A DNA stretch of 64,000 nt from Vulcanimicrobiota bacterium (GTDB lineage Bacteria > Vulcanimicrobiota > Vulcanimicrobiia > Eremiobacterales > Eremiobacteraceae): NCBI GenBank assembly GCA_963805945.1, contig CAWDVP010000006.1, positions 32,001 through 96,000 on the forward strand, written 5' to 3'. Numbering within the stretch: the stretch's first letter is position 1; the number at the start of each line of letters is the position of its first letter. The position numbers and the translations under genes were made by a program. Shown piece after piece: positions 20,686 to 32,430 of this stretch. A model generated the notes under the pieces. It saw only the letters and a list, made by a program, of their open reading frames with translations, made no database searches and was not told the origin of the DNA.

Positions 20686-21770
20686 CGGACGCGATCGTCG
20701 GCGGGCTTCCCTACCCGGTGGTGGTCGGCGGCGAAGCAGCGCGACACGTGGCGGCGGCCGCGATGGGCGCCGAAGGGGTCGCCGTGCTGTACGACCGTCG
20801 CGTCAGCACGCGGGCGAACGCCATCCGCCGAAGTCTCACGGCGGCAAGGCTGCCGGTCTTGGGCGAGCTGGCGATCAGCGGTGGCGAACGCTGCAAGAAC
20901 GCGGCGACGCTGCAGCGGGTGTGGCGCTGGCTGGTGCGATGCGGAGTCGGACGGCGAGCGGTTCTTGTCGCCATCGGGGGCGGCAGCATCACGGATCTGG
21001 CAGGCTTGGCGGCCGCGACCTATCTCCGGGGCATCGATTGGATCGCGGTCCCCACGACCGTCCTCGGCATGGCGGATGCGGCGATCGGCGGCAAGACGGC
21101 GATCGATCTGCCCGAGGGCAAGAATCTCGTCGGCGCCTTCTGGACGCCGCGCATGGTGGCGGCGGATCTGCCGGCACTGGCCACGTTGCCGAAACGAGAA
21201 CGCAGCGGCGGCTGCGCTGAGATGATCAAAGCGGCTGTGATCGGCGATCCTGAGCTCCTCGAGGCGCTCGAGCGCTTGCCGTTCGGACGGTCCGACGCGC
21301 GGCCGTGGGGCGGCGCTATCGCAGCAGCGGCAGCGGTGAAAGCGCGCATCGTCGCCGCCGACCCGCGAGAAGCGGGCATGCGCGAGATGCTCAACCTCGG
21401 GCACACCCTCGGCCACGCCTTCGAGCATGCCTCGCGCGGTCGCCTGACGCATGGTTTCGCCGTGTCGATCGGCCTGCGCGGAGCCGGTCTGTTGGCGCTG
21501 CGGCAGGGCCTGTTCTCGCCACCCGAGCATGCGCGCGTGCTGCGGTGCCTCAAACGCGCCGGCTTGCCGCTGTGCGACAACGCGGCCGACCTGCGGGCCG
21601 TGGAGCGCGCCCTGGCGGTCGACAAGAAGCGGCAGGCCGCCGCGCCGCGCTTCGTCCTGCCGGTGCGCATCGGCGAGGTACGGATCGGGATGACGGCCGC
21701 GCCTGATGACGTGCGCGACGTGATCGCGCAATGCACTCGGCCTCCCTCGGCCGAAGAACTCGGGCGGTGA
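20682..21770 (+). CDS. aroB: 3-dehydroquinate synthase
   Basis: GGGSITDLAG, PTT, GGKTAID, KNLVGAF, LNLGHTLGHAFE. Confidence 0.93.
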   Translation: MTDAIVGGLPYPVVVGGEAARHVAAAAMGAEGVAVLYDRRVSTRANAIRRSLTAARLPVLGELAISGGERCKNAATLQRVWRWLVRCGVGRRAVLVAIGGGSITDLAGLAAATYLRGIDWIAVPTTVLGMADAAIGGKTAIDLPEGKNLVGAFWTPRMVAADLPALATLPKRERSGGCAEMIKAAVIGDPELLEALERLPFGRSDARPWGGAIAAAAAVKARIVAADPREAGMREMLNLGHTLGHAFEHASRGRLTHGFAVSIGLRGAGLLALRQGLFSPPEHARVLRCLKRAGLPLCDNAADLRAVERALAVDKKRQAAAPRFVLPVRIGEVRIGMTAAPDDVRDVIAQCTRPPSAEELGR

Positions 21771-24158
21771 GCGAGAGCCGATGCGTTGACGTCGTCGTCG
21801 ACGTCCATGCCGCGAACGTCGATCGAGCGTATACCTATCTGACCAACGGCGAGACGCCGGCGTTAGGGGCACGCGTGCGCGTGCCATTCGGCGGACGGAT
21901 CGTCGCCGGGTGGGTGGTCAGCGAGCCCGCGGAACTGCCGAACGGAGGCGAGGGCCTCAAAGCGATCGCCTCGATCGAGGACAGCGAAGCGCAGTTCGGC
22001 GCGGAAGCAGTGCATCTCGCCTCGTGGCTGCGCCGTCGCTACGCCTGCACGTTTCGGGAGGCGCTCACCGCGGTCGCGCCGCGTGCGACCGCCGGCGGAT
22101 CACGCGCGCTCTTCGCGTTCGCCTCCGCGCCGCAACCGGGCGACAGGCTGGCGGGGGCGCTGCAGCGCGCTTTCAAGAGCACGCCGTTCACGACCCTTGC
22201 CGCGGCGCGCGCACTGGCGAGGGTTGGTCAGCGCACGCCGTCCGCGCGGCTGCAGCAAGAGCTATCGCGCCTCGTCCGCGCCGGGATCCTCTCCAGAGCT
22301 GCCGGTAAGGAGACCGCGGGCGTACGGCCGACGGCTCGACCGCAGATCGCCGTGCTGGTCGATGCCGCTGTCGCTAAGGGCGCGGTGCAGCGCCAGCTGG
22401 CAGCGGCGCTCGCCGATAGCGGCGGCTCGCTGCCGCTGCCAGAGGCGCGCCGCCGCGCCGGTGCGTCGGCTGCCGTCGTGCGGCGTGCGCAGCGAGCGGG
22501 GGTGCTGCGGGTAGAAGAAGAGCGAGCGTCGCCACAGGCGTCGGTCGAGCTGCGATCGCGTGCGTTCACCCCGACCGAAGAGCAGCGCACCGCGATCGAG
22601 CGTATCGACGAGCTGGCGCGAGCGGGCGGTGGCGCTGCGCTCTTGCACGGCGTCACCGGATCCGGCAAGACGTTCGTCTATTCGCGGCTGGTCGATCGCG
22701 TGCGCCGACGCGGCGGCGCCGCGATCGTCATGGTGCCGGAGATCGCGCTCACGCCGCAGACCGCCGCGCGTTTCGAGGCGATCTTCGGCTCGAAGGTCGG
22801 CGTCATGCACAGCGGTTTGTCCGCCGGCGATCGCGCGCGCGTATGGCAGGATGCGGCCGCCGGTTCGCTCGACGTGATCGTGGGCGCGCGCTCGGCGGTG
22901 TTCGCGCCGCTGTCGCGGCTCGCGCTCATCGTGGTGGACGAAGAGCACGAGCCGTCATACAAGCAGGATGTCGCACCGCGCTACGACGCGGGTGCGGTCG
23001 CGCGCGAGCGGATGCGCCACGCCGGCGGCGCGGTGGTGTTCGGCAGCGCGACGCCGAGCCTGGAGATCTACGCCGAGGCGATGGCCGGCGGCGTGCTCTA
23101 CGTGCCTATGCGCACGCGCGCGACAGCCGCGCCGATGCCGCCGGTGGAGATCGTCGACATGACCGGTCAGCGCGCCGGCGGCGGGCGCCATGCGATCGGA
23201 CCGGCATTGCTCGAAGCGATGGAATCGGCGCTCGGGCGCGGCGAAAAAGTGCTGCTGTTCGTCAACCGGCGGGGCTATGCGGTGCTCTTGCTGTGCCGGG
23301 TGTGCGGTTTCGCGCCGCGCTGCAAACGTTGCGCGGTGTCGTTGGTGATGCATTCGTCCGACGGGTCGCTGCGCTGCCATATCTGCGGCGACGCGTTCCG
23401 CGTGCCCGCGACCTGCCCCAAGTGCGGCGCAGCCGATCTCGCGCCGTATGGCTTCGGTACGCAGCGCGTCGAGGAAGAGATCGCACGGCTCTTGCCCGAC
23501 GCGCGGATCGTGCGCATGGATGCGGACACCACCGGCGGTCGCGGGTCGCACGGGCGCCTCTTGCACTCGTTCGGCAACGAGGCCAACGTGCTCATCGGCA
23601 CGCAGATGGTGGCCAAAGGGCTCGACTTTCCGACGGTCACCGTCGTGGGCGTCGTCTCCGCGGATCTAGACCTCAACCGGCCGGACTTCCGCGCCGCCGA
23701 GCGGACCTTCCAACTGCTCACACAGGTGGCCGGTCGCGCGGGCCGCGCGGCCCCGGGCAGCCGCGTGGTGGTACAGACGTATTCGCCACAGCACTACGCG
23801 ATACAGTTCGCGGCGCAAGCACGACTACGAAGGCTTTGCGAACAAGGAGCTCGGGCTGCGACGCGAGCTGCGCTACCCGCCGTTCGGGCGGTTGGCGTAT
23901 GTGGTGATCGCAGGCGTGGACCGCGCGGCGGTTGCGACCGCGGCGCAGAAGCTCGCGGTCTCGCTGCGCGCACACGCGGCCGATGTCGAGACGCTGGGCC
24001 CGGCGCCCGACCCGCTGCCGAAGGCTCGCGGCGAATACCGGTTGCGGCTCGCGCTCAAAGCACAGAGCGAGGAGGCGCTGCTTGCGGCGTGCGCGCACGT
24101 GCAAGCGCAGCGCAGGAGCGATGACGCGCGCGTCAGCGTGATCGTGGACCCGCGTTAA
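21767..24158 (+). CDS. priA: primosomal protein N' (frameshift near 23820)
   Basis: GVTGSGKT, VPEIALTPQ, DEEHE, Zn-finger cysteines, GTQMVAKGLDFP, QVAGRAGR. Confidence 0.93.
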
Positions 24159-24165
24159 GATGTAT

Positions 24166-24232
24166 GTAGGGGCCGATCTTCAGATCGGCCCTCGCGCCGT
24201 CGATCAGAGTCGATCTAAAGATCGACCCCTAC
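24166..24232. repeat. inverted pair of GTAG-type REP-like palindromes (REPIN-like) between convergent genes
   Basis: GTAG-GGGCCGATCT-TC-AGATCGGCCC ... GTCGATCT-AA-AGATCGACCC-CTAC. Confidence 0.8.
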
Positions 24233-24234
24233 AT

Positions 24235-25007
24235 TCAGAAGGAAGCGCCCAGACCCAATTGGATGCCGCCGATCGAAGTCGGCGCCACTCCCGGGTTGGC
24301 GTACGATTGATGGTCGTAGCCGATCTTGAACAGCACACCCGAACGTTTCAGTCTAAGGATGGCGCCGGCCTGAGCGGTGGTGATCGAGGCGGAGACGCTC
24401 TGCGAGGTCGCAGACGGATAGAAGAAGATATTCACATAGGGCGAGACGGTCTGCCGGAAGTCGGGCAACAGCGACGCGCCGATCCCGAGCGCATTGGCCG
24501 ACGCGTTGAAGGTGGAGCTTTGCATCGAGATCAGGCCGACGCCCAGCGCGAGCACCCCGCCGCCCGGCGTATAGTAAAGCGCGCCTTCGGTGCGCGTCAG
24601 CACCGGATTGCTGCCGCCGTGCACGGCATAATCGTTGAAGCGCAGCATCGCCGCGTAGCCGGCGGACAGCCGGCCGGCGATGTCGACGAAGAAGCCGGTC
24701 GCGTTGGACGAGGGGAAATTGGGAAGCGGCGTGGCCGTGCTCGATGGCGATCACACCGCCGGTGCCGTTGCCGCTATTGTAGCCGACGATGGCGAAACCG
24801 TTGCCGATCGGCCCGGGCGAACCTGAAGGCGTGGGACTTCCGAATGGGCTGGGAGCATTAGGGGCCGTTGGGCCGGCCCCCGGCGCAGGCGTGGGAGTTG
24901 CGATAGGCGTGCCCTGTCCGCGCGCTGCCTTGACCGACGCCCGCGCGCGCCCATGCCGGCGCGAGCGCGACCATGACTGCGAGGCATAGGACGACCCGCA
25001 GCCGCAA
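24235..25007 (-). CDS. putative outer-membrane beta-barrel protein with a Pro-rich N-terminus (about 2 frameshifts)
   Basis: Signal-like MRLRVVLCLAVMVALAPAWA; amphipathic strands; ends in LGLGASF with terminal Phe. Confidence 0.55.
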
Positions 25008-25009
25008 GG

Positions 25010-25258
25010 CTATTTCTTGGCGGCCGCCGCGACCCGCTTCGCCATGCGCGACTTCTTGCGGTTCGCCTTGTTCTTATGGATGATGCCGCGCGCGGCCGCC
25101 TTGTCGTGCGCCGCCGCGGCCGCCCGGACATCCTCTTTGGTCAGCGTCTCGCCGGCCTTCTTGTACTTGGACTTGAGGGTGCTCTTCACTGCGAGATTGC
25201 GTTTGCGCCGCTTCTCGGAAGCGCGCGCCCATTTCTTCGCGGATTTGATGTTCGGCAA
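25010..25258 (-). CDS. rpsT: 30S ribosomal protein S20
   Basis: PNIKSAKK..DKAAARGIIHKNKANRKKSR. Confidence 0.97.
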   Translation of the reverse strand: MPNIKSAKKWARASEKRRKRNLAVKSTLKSKYKKAGETLTKEDVRAAAAAHDKAAARGIIHKNKANRKKSRMAKRVAAAAKK

Positions 25259-25355
25259 AACGATGACTCCCTTACGTCTATTGCAAAAGCCAACAAATCA
25301 TAGCACGAACGGTCGAAATGAGGCAAGGGCGCGCGCGGGGACTTGAGGCTTCTCT

Positions 25356-26189
25356 ATGGAAAACATCGCTGTGAACGCTTCCTTCGTGCGCGTTTTCGTC
25401 GTGCCGGCACTGCCGGCAGGCGACTTTCGATGCGCTCCTCGACGCCTGGCGACCGCTGGGCGAGGTCGATCCGGTCGTCCACGACCGCGATCTGGACTGC
25501 ATCACCGTCGGGATCCGCGTTGGAGAAACGCCGCTCGAAGGCGTCCTGCGCGCATGCGCGGCGCTCCGGGGAGCAGACATCCTTCTTATAGATGTGCAGA
25601 CCGCAGACGGGTCGATGCCGGCCGATGCAGCCGCGCTCGGCGCTGTGGTAGGCGACGCGCTCGACGCGCCGGTCCACGTCGTGCACCGGATCAAGCCCGC
25701 GTCCGCCTGGGCAGCCGCACGCCCGGTCTCATGGGGCGTCGACGGCTTGCGCGTGCGCTTGCACGAGCCGACGCATCCGCGGCCAGGCATTCGCGCACCA
25801 GCGTCGTCGCGTTGGAGTTCGGCGGGCCGACGATCGTGATGAAAGCGTCGCTGCACGGCGTGCCCGCGATGCAGTGCGTCGCATCTGCGACGCGACCGGC
25901 AGTGCCGGCGCAGGGCTGGCGCACATCGGCGCATACCCGGCGATCTCGGTCGCGACCGGCGAGCCGATGATCGTCCTCGAGTGCAGCGATCCGGCGAAAT
26001 CGCCGCTGCATCGAGCCCTTGCGCTCATCGACATCGAAGCGGCGCGCGTATGGCGGCAGCCTCGGCGCCACGACGTTGCTGTCGCAGATACCCTTGAGCG
26101 CGCTGCTCGAGACGCTCTCCGCGCACATGGGGCTCGAGGCCCAGCCGGCGCAGATCATCGAGACGCATCTCGAAAGGCCGGCGCGATGA
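25356..26189 (+). CDS. divergent glutamate formiminotransferase (FtcD)-like protein, multiple frameshifts
   Basis: Stitched C-terminus KSPLHRALALIDIEAARYGG..IPLSALLE..QIIE resembles the FtcD C-terminus; TGA overlaps the glmM ATG. Confidence 0.45.
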
Positions 26190-27520
26190 ACGAGCTCTTC
26201 GGCACCGACGGTGTGCGGGGCGTCGCGAACGAGTTTCTGACCCCGGAGTTAGCGCTCGCCCTCGGCAGGGCCGGCGGTTTCGTGTTGGCCGAGCACGGCG
26301 CGCGCCGGCCAGTGCTCGTCGGGCGCGATACGCGTCTGTCAGGGCCCGTGCTCGAAGCTGCGCTGTGCGCGGGCCTGGCATCGGTCGGACTCGACGTCTG
26401 GAAGTTGGGCATCGTGCCGACACCTGGCGTCGCCTACCTGACGCATCACCTCGACGCCGCCGCCGGCGTCATGATCTCCGCCTCGCACAACCCGATCGAG
26501 GACAACGGCTTCAAGTTCTTCGCAGCGGACGGCACGAAGCTGCCGGATACGATCGAGGATGAGATCGCAACCGCCGTGCGGACGCATGCCGAATTGCCGC
26601 GGCCGACCGGCGGCGACGTCGGCGAGATCCTCGACCGCCGGCGCGTGGTCAGCGCGTACGAGCGGCATTGCGTCTCGCTCGGCCAGTCGCTCGCGGGGAC
26701 GAGCGTAGTGGTGGACGCCGCGTTCGGCGCCGCTTACACGCTCGGGCCGCGCGTCCTATCGGCGCTCGGCGCGCACGTCATCCCCCTGCATTGCAAGCCG
26801 GACGGCTGGCGCATCAACGTGCGTTGCGGCGCGACGAATCTCGAGCCGCTGCACGCTGCCGTGGCGGAGCATCCCGGCAGCGTCGGCGTGGCGTTCGACG
26901 GCGATGCCGACCGCGCGCTCTTCGTGGACGAGTCCGGCGGGGTCGTGACAGGCGATCACGTGCTCGCCATCTGGGCCCGCGAACTGGCGTCGCGCGACGA
27001 ACTGCCGCAGCGCAAGATCGTGGCGACGGTGATGAGCAACGTCGGGCTGGAGCACGCGTTGCATGCGGCCGGCGTCGGACTCGTGCGCACCGCGGTCGGG
27101 GATCGGTACGTGCTCGAAGCGATGCAGCAGGGCGCGTATCGGCTCGGCGGCGAGCAATCGGGGCACATCATCGACCTGGCGGCGAACACCACCGGCGACG
27201 GCATCGCGACGGCCGTACGGCTTCTGGGCTTGCGCGCGCGCGCGGGCTCGCTCGCGGCGCTCGCCGGCATCATGCACGTCCATCCGCAGGTGCTGCTCAA
27301 CGTCCGGGTCGCCGACAAGCAGGCGTACGAGAAAGACAAGGGTGTCCAGACGGCGATCGCGGAGGCGCAGCGCGCGCTCGGCGATGCAGGGCGGTTGCTC
27401 GTGCGGCCCTCGGGAACGGAGCCGCTCGTCCGCATCATGGTGGAAGGCCCGGATGAGGCCCAGATCCGGCAGATCGCCCAAACCGTGGCGGCCCGCGTCG
27501 AGGCAGCCTCGTCCCGCTAA
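26186..27520 (+). CDS. glmM: phosphoglucosamine mutase
   Basis: LFGTDGVRG, ISASHNP, DGDADR, GGEQSGH, RPSGTEP. Confidence 0.95.
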   Translation: MNELFGTDGVRGVANEFLTPELALALGRAGGFVLAEHGARRPVLVGRDTRLSGPVLEAALCAGLASVGLDVWKLGIVPTPGVAYLTHHLDAAAGVMISASHNPIEDNGFKFFAADGTKLPDTIEDEIATAVRTHAELPRPTGGDVGEILDRRRVVSAYERHCVSLGQSLAGTSVVVDAAFGAAYTLGPRVLSALGAHVIPLHCKPDGWRINVRCGATNLEPLHAAVAEHPGSVGVAFDGDADRALFVDESGGVVTGDHVLAIWARELASRDELPQRKIVATVMSNVGLEHALHAAGVGLVRTAVGDRYVLEAMQQGAYRLGGEQSGHIIDLAANTTGDGIATAVRLLGLRARAGSLAALAGIMHVHPQVLLNVRVADKQAYEKDKGVQTAIAEAQRALGDAGRLLVRPSGTEPLVRIMVEGPDEAQIRQIAQTVAARVEAASSR

Positions 27521-27745
27521 GGGGTCAGCTGCGACCCCGCTCACAGCGCCTGGGGAGGGTGCGTGGGGCGTCGGGCGAAGGCTCAGGCTAGCGGGCGAGA
27601 CGCGCATTGGACGCGGCGCCTTGAAGATTTCCCCTCTTTTGCTCCCCGTGCGCGCCGCAGAACGCGCTGAACCGACAATCAAGCCTACCGAGGACGCTAC
27701 GCGCGGACGTAGAGAGCCCTTGGCACCGCTTTTGTTGAGGTATTC

Positions 27746-28588
27746 GTGCGACCCAATCTTGCTGTGGTGTTTTCGCTCGTCTTCGCGCTGTGCGCCGCAT
27801 CGGCGCAGGCTGATTCTCTTTCCCACACCGTCGTCTCCGGCGACTCACTCTCAATGATCGCCTCGCATTACGGCGTCTCCGTCGCGGCGCTGGAAGCACG
27901 CAACCATCTTTCGGATTCGAGCGTGCTCTCGCTCGGCCAACGCATCGTGATCCCCGGAGCGGTGGTCGCAGCACGGCCGGCAGCGCATAAGAGCGTCGCC
28001 ATCACCGCAAAGCATTCGGCTGCGACGAAGCATTCGGCTGAGGTCGGCGCCGCGCTCTACGCAGCCCGCGTCGGCGCCGCTCGATCGCATCGTGGGCTCT
28101 CCCCGGCTTCGCCCGCGGGTGCCGTGATGGCGAACATCGCATTGTGGCAGGCGACGCATGCCGGCAGCACCGCGCCGCCGCTCCTGTTCATCGACCCATC
28201 GTCCGTCGCCGGGCACATGCTGGCGATAGATGCCAAGATCCGGCACACCGCGCTGCGCTATCTCGGCGTGCCATACTCCTGGGGCGGGACCGGCTTCGGC
28301 GGCGTGGACTGTTCCGGCTTCGTGCAGTCGGTGTTCGCGTCGAACGGCATCCACTTGCCGCGCATGGCCGACGAGCAGTTCGCGGTGGGCAAGCGCATCG
28401 CGATGAGCCTGCTGCTGCCGGGCGACCTGGTGTTCTTCGAGACCTATACGAGCGGCGCGTCGCACGTCGGCATCTATATCGGCGGCGGCAAGTTCATCCA
28501 CGCATCCACGCGCGGAGTCGTCATCGACGCGCTGTCCATGGACTACTATTCAAGCCGCTATCTCGGAGCGCGCCGCCTCGTCCAATAG
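27746..28588 (+). CDS. secreted LysM + NlpC/P60 peptidoglycan endopeptidase
   Basis: HTVVSGDSLSMIA LysM domain; PYSWGG..DCSGFV, HVGIY, FIHAS. Confidence 0.92.
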   Translation: MRPNLAVVFSLVFALCAASAQADSLSHTVVSGDSLSMIASHYGVSVAALEARNHLSDSSVLSLGQRIVIPGAVVAARPAAHKSVAITAKHSAATKHSAEVGAALYAARVGAARSHRGLSPASPAGAVMANIALWQATHAGSTAPPLLFIDPSSVAGHMLAIDAKIRHTALRYLGVPYSWGGTGFGGVDCSGFVQSVFASNGIHLPRMADEQFAVGKRIAMSLLLPGDLVFFETYTSGASHVGIYIGGGKFIHASTRGVVIDALSMDYYSSRYLGARRLVQ

Positions 28589-28608
28589 CCGCTGAGGGCA
28601 GGGCACCA

Positions 28609-29794
28609 ATGGCGACCACTCACGTGCCGCTGCTCGTCATCGGAGCCGGGCCCTATGGTCTCGCCACCGCCGCATGTGCGAAGGCCGCGGGCATCGATGC
28701 CCTCGTGCTGGGCGAGCCCATGGGGTTTTGGCGCAACTGCATGCCGGATCGGATGCTGCTGCGTTCGGGCCCGCAATGGCAGCTCGACGCCGCTAAGGTC
28801 CACACCATCTTCGCGTATCTAGAGGCTCGCGGCATCGATCCGGCGGATGTGACGCCGCTGCCGGTCAGCCTCTTCATCGCCTACGCGCAATGGTTCTGTG
28901 AGACGACCGAGATCCGAATGTCGCCTCGCATGGTGAGCGAGCTACAGCGATCGGACCAGGGGTTTCGAGATGCTCCTCGACGACGGCGAGCGGCTCACCG
29001 CGAACGCGGTCGTCGCCGCCCCCGGCATCGCGAGCTTCGCGAACATCCCGACGTGGGCTGCCGAAGCGCTATCTCCAGCGCGCTACTCTCACACGCGCGA
29101 TCTCAGCGCGGTTCGAAGGCGCTGCGCGGCTCGCGCTGCGCGATCTTCGGGGGACGCATGAGCGCTTTCGAATGGGCCGCGCTGCTGGCGGAGGATGGTG
29201 CCGAAGCTGTGCACGTCGTCTATCGTCACGACACGCCGGCCTTTGCGACGAGCTACTGGGACTTCGTCGAGCCGCTGATGATGCAGACGCTCGAGAACCC
29301 GGGGTGGTATCGCGGTTTGCCGGCCGCCGAGCGAGATGCCGTGGCGAACCGTTTTTGGGCCGAGGGCAGGCTGAAGCTGGAGCCGTGGCTGACGCCGCGA
29401 CTTGCGACGCCGACGATCCGCCTCCACCCGCACGCGGAGGTCCGCGACTGCCGGGAACTGCCGTCCGGCGTGGTCCAGATCGATCTCACGGACGGCGAGA
29501 GGCTCGTCGTCGATCACGTCATCCTCGCCACCGGCTACAAAGCAGAGTATCGAAGGTGCCATATCTGCGCGGCGTGCTCGCTCGCGCTTGCCGTGACGGA
29601 CGGCTCGCCGCGAGCTCGACACGCATTTCCAGTCGAGCGTGCCCGATCTCTACGTGACGGGTTTTGCGGCAGCGCGGGATTTCGGACCGTTCTTCGGGTT
29701 CGTGCGGGGATGCACGACCGCCGCGACCCTCATCGTCGACGCGCTGCTATCGCGCGCGCAAGGCGATGGACGGGATTCGCGCGGACAGCGCTAG
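28609..29794 (+). CDS. FAD/NAD(P)-dependent oxidoreductase (several frameshifts)
   Basis: VIGAGPYGL, second dinucleotide-binding motif, VILATGY, C-terminal DFGPFFGF in a shifted frame. Confidence 0.75.
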
Positions 29795-29815
29795 AAAAAG
29801 CCTCGCTGACGTCGA

Positions 29816-29888
29816 TGGGGCGTCGCCAAGTTGGTAAGGCACCAGCCTTTGGAGCTGGCATTCGAAGGTTCGAGTCCTTCCGCCCCAG
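29816..29888 (+). tRNA. tRNA-Gln (TTG), CCA not encoded
   Basis: Acceptor stem TGGGGCG/CGCCCCA, anticodon arm ccagc-ctTTGga-gctgg, T-loop GGTTCGAGTCC. Confidence 0.95.
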
Positions 29889-29936
29889 CACGCATCCGGC
29901 TCTTCATCCCACGCGTACCTATATCCGAGGGATATA

Positions 29937-30509
29937 GTGACGACGGCTCAGACCGACGATCAACTGCTCGCGGCGCTCGCCTTGGGCGAGCTAGCGGCAT
30001 TGGACGGCCTGTACGAACGGTATGCCAGGACGGCGTACTCGCTCGCCTATCGCATCGTCGGCGAGCGCGGGGCCGCTGAAGACGTCGTCCAAGACGCCTT
30101 CCTCTCTGTGTGGCGGCAGGCGAAATCATATCGGCGCGAGCGCGGCAACCCGCGCACGTGGCTCATGGCGATCGTGCATCACCGCGCGATCGATAGGCTG
30201 CGCGCGAGCGCCTCGAGTGGCGTCACCATCCCGCTCGACCAGCTGCCCGACGGACCGGCTGAAACCCCAGGCGTGTGGCAACAGGTCTGGACCGGCCTGC
30301 GCGGAGATGCGGTGCGCAGCGCCATCGAAACCTTGCCGCCGGAGCAGAAGAAGAGCATCGAGCTCGCCTACTTCTCCGGCTATACGCATGTCGAGATCGC
30401 GGAGCTGATGGGCGTGCCGCTGGGCACGGTGAAAGGACGATTACGGCACGGCCTGCACAAGTTGAAAGCATTCCTCGAGGGGCCTGGCATGGAGATGTCA
30501 GGCACATGA
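29937..30509 (+). CDS. ECF sigma factor (SigK-like)
   Basis: AEDVVQDAFL, WLMAIVHHRAIDRLR, LAYFSGYTHVEIA..PLGTVKGR. Confidence 0.92.
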   Translation: MTTAQTDDQLLAALALGELAALDGLYERYARTAYSLAYRIVGERGAAEDVVQDAFLSVWRQAKSYRRERGNPRTWLMAIVHHRAIDRLRASASSGVTIPLDQLPDGPAETPGVWQQVWTGLRGDAVRSAIETLPPEQKKSIELAYFSGYTHVEIAELMGVPLGTVKGRLRHGLHKLKAFLEGPGMEMSGT

Positions 30510-31315
30510 ACAACGGCATGCACGTAACCGATCTCTCCGCGTCGTACGCGCTCGGCGCGCTGACGCCCGGCGAACAGGCGCTGGTAGCGCAGCATTGCGC
30601 GGGCTGCGCCGCATGCCGCGCCGACGTGCTTGAGATGACGCAGATCGCGAGCGCGTTGCCGCTCGCCTGCGAAAGCGTCGCGCCGGCAGCCGCCTTGCGC
30701 GATCGCATCATGGAAGCGGCGCGGGCCAACGAAGTTCTCGGTCGAATGAATTCGACCGCTCCATCCAACGTCAGGCCACTCCCACGTCCGCAAGGGCAGA
30801 ATTGGGTCGCTGGGCTTGCCGCCGCAGCAGCCATCGTGATGGGCGTCGTCGCGATGCAGGCATCGCAGCAGCGCGACGCGCTCGCCACGCGGATCGCCTC
30901 CATGAACGACCAGCTCGCGACGCTGCAACAGGCGAACGATCAGCTTTCCGTACAGGCCGAACAGGGGCACGCGGTTATGACGGCCCTCGCGAGCGGCACG
31001 TACTGGACGATGGGTCCGCAAGCGGATCGTCACGGCGGTATGTGGCGCTATGCGGTCGTGCAGCCACCGCAACGCGGGCACAACGGCATGCTGCTGGCGA
31101 CCGTGCCCGAGGTGCCGCGCGGCATGGCGTATCAAGTGTGGGTGGTGCGCGGCGGGCGGCCGCATCCGGCGGGCGCGGTGATGCACGGCGGCATGACGAT
31201 GATGGATATGAAGATGCCGCTGCTCAAGGGCGACGTCGTCGCCTTCAGCATGGAGCCGATGCCGGGCAACAGTCCCGCCCCCACCTCGCCGTACCTGGTG
31301 CGGATGCCCATTTGA
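30506..31315 (+). CDS. anti-sigma factor, RskA-like with a ZAS zinc motif
   Basis: YALGAL, HxxxCxxC, TM helix, YQVW, SMEP..SPAPT. Confidence 0.85.
   Translation: MNNGMHVTDLSASYALGALTPGEQALVAQHCAGCAACRADVLEMTQIASALPLACESVAPAAALRDRIMEAARANEVLGRMNSTAPSNVRPLPRPQGQNWVAGLAAAAAIVMGVVAMQASQQRDALATRIASMNDQLATLQQANDQLSVQAEQGHAVMTALASGTYWTMGPQADRHGGMWRYAVVQPPQRGHNGMLLATVPEVPRGMAYQVWVVRGGRPHPAGAVMHGGMTMMDMKMPLLKGDVVAFSMEPMPGNSPAPTSPYLVRMPI
30739..30762 (-). repeat. GGAG-type REP-like palindrome inside the anti-sigma CDS
   Basis: cggtcgaat-ga-attcgaccg-ctcc, translated as GRMNSTAP. Confidence 0.8.
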
Positions 31316-31386
31316 GAAGAGTGCGGCATCAGTCGGACGCGCTAGAGGTCGGCCGCCACACCGGTGTTGAAGGGCGATTAGTCTGA

Positions 31387-32352
<966 letters not shown>

Positions 32353-32355
<3 letters not shown>

Positions 32356-32380
32356 TTCGCCTGGCGGAAAATGCCGATAA
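32353..32380 (+). promoter_or_regulatory. sigma28-like promoter upstream of PilZ-pilB
   Basis: TAAT-N16-GCCGATAA. Confidence 0.65.
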
Positions 32381-32430
32381 TAGTAAGACAGGGCACATTC
32401 CAAATCGGCATGGGGGACGAAGAAGACTAG

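Noticed and set aside
482..21770. Interleaving of aro and pil genes as a novelty
   Set aside because: Linkage of pilQ with aroK/aroB is well known in other bacteria.
19266..21887. Long antisense or alternative-frame ORFs (for example 873 aa here, 656 aa at 16003, 587 aa at 32173)
   Set aside because: These are shadow ORFs expected in high-GC DNA opposite well-supported genes, with Arg/Ala-rich composition and no recognisable motifs.
27521..27745. c-di-AMP (ydaO) riboswitch upstream of the LysM-NlpC/P60 gene
   Set aside because: The context is suggestive, but I could not find the conserved sequence blocks.
29816..29888. tRNA-Gln as an island integration site
   Set aside because: I saw no duplicated tRNA 3' end and no adjacent integrase.
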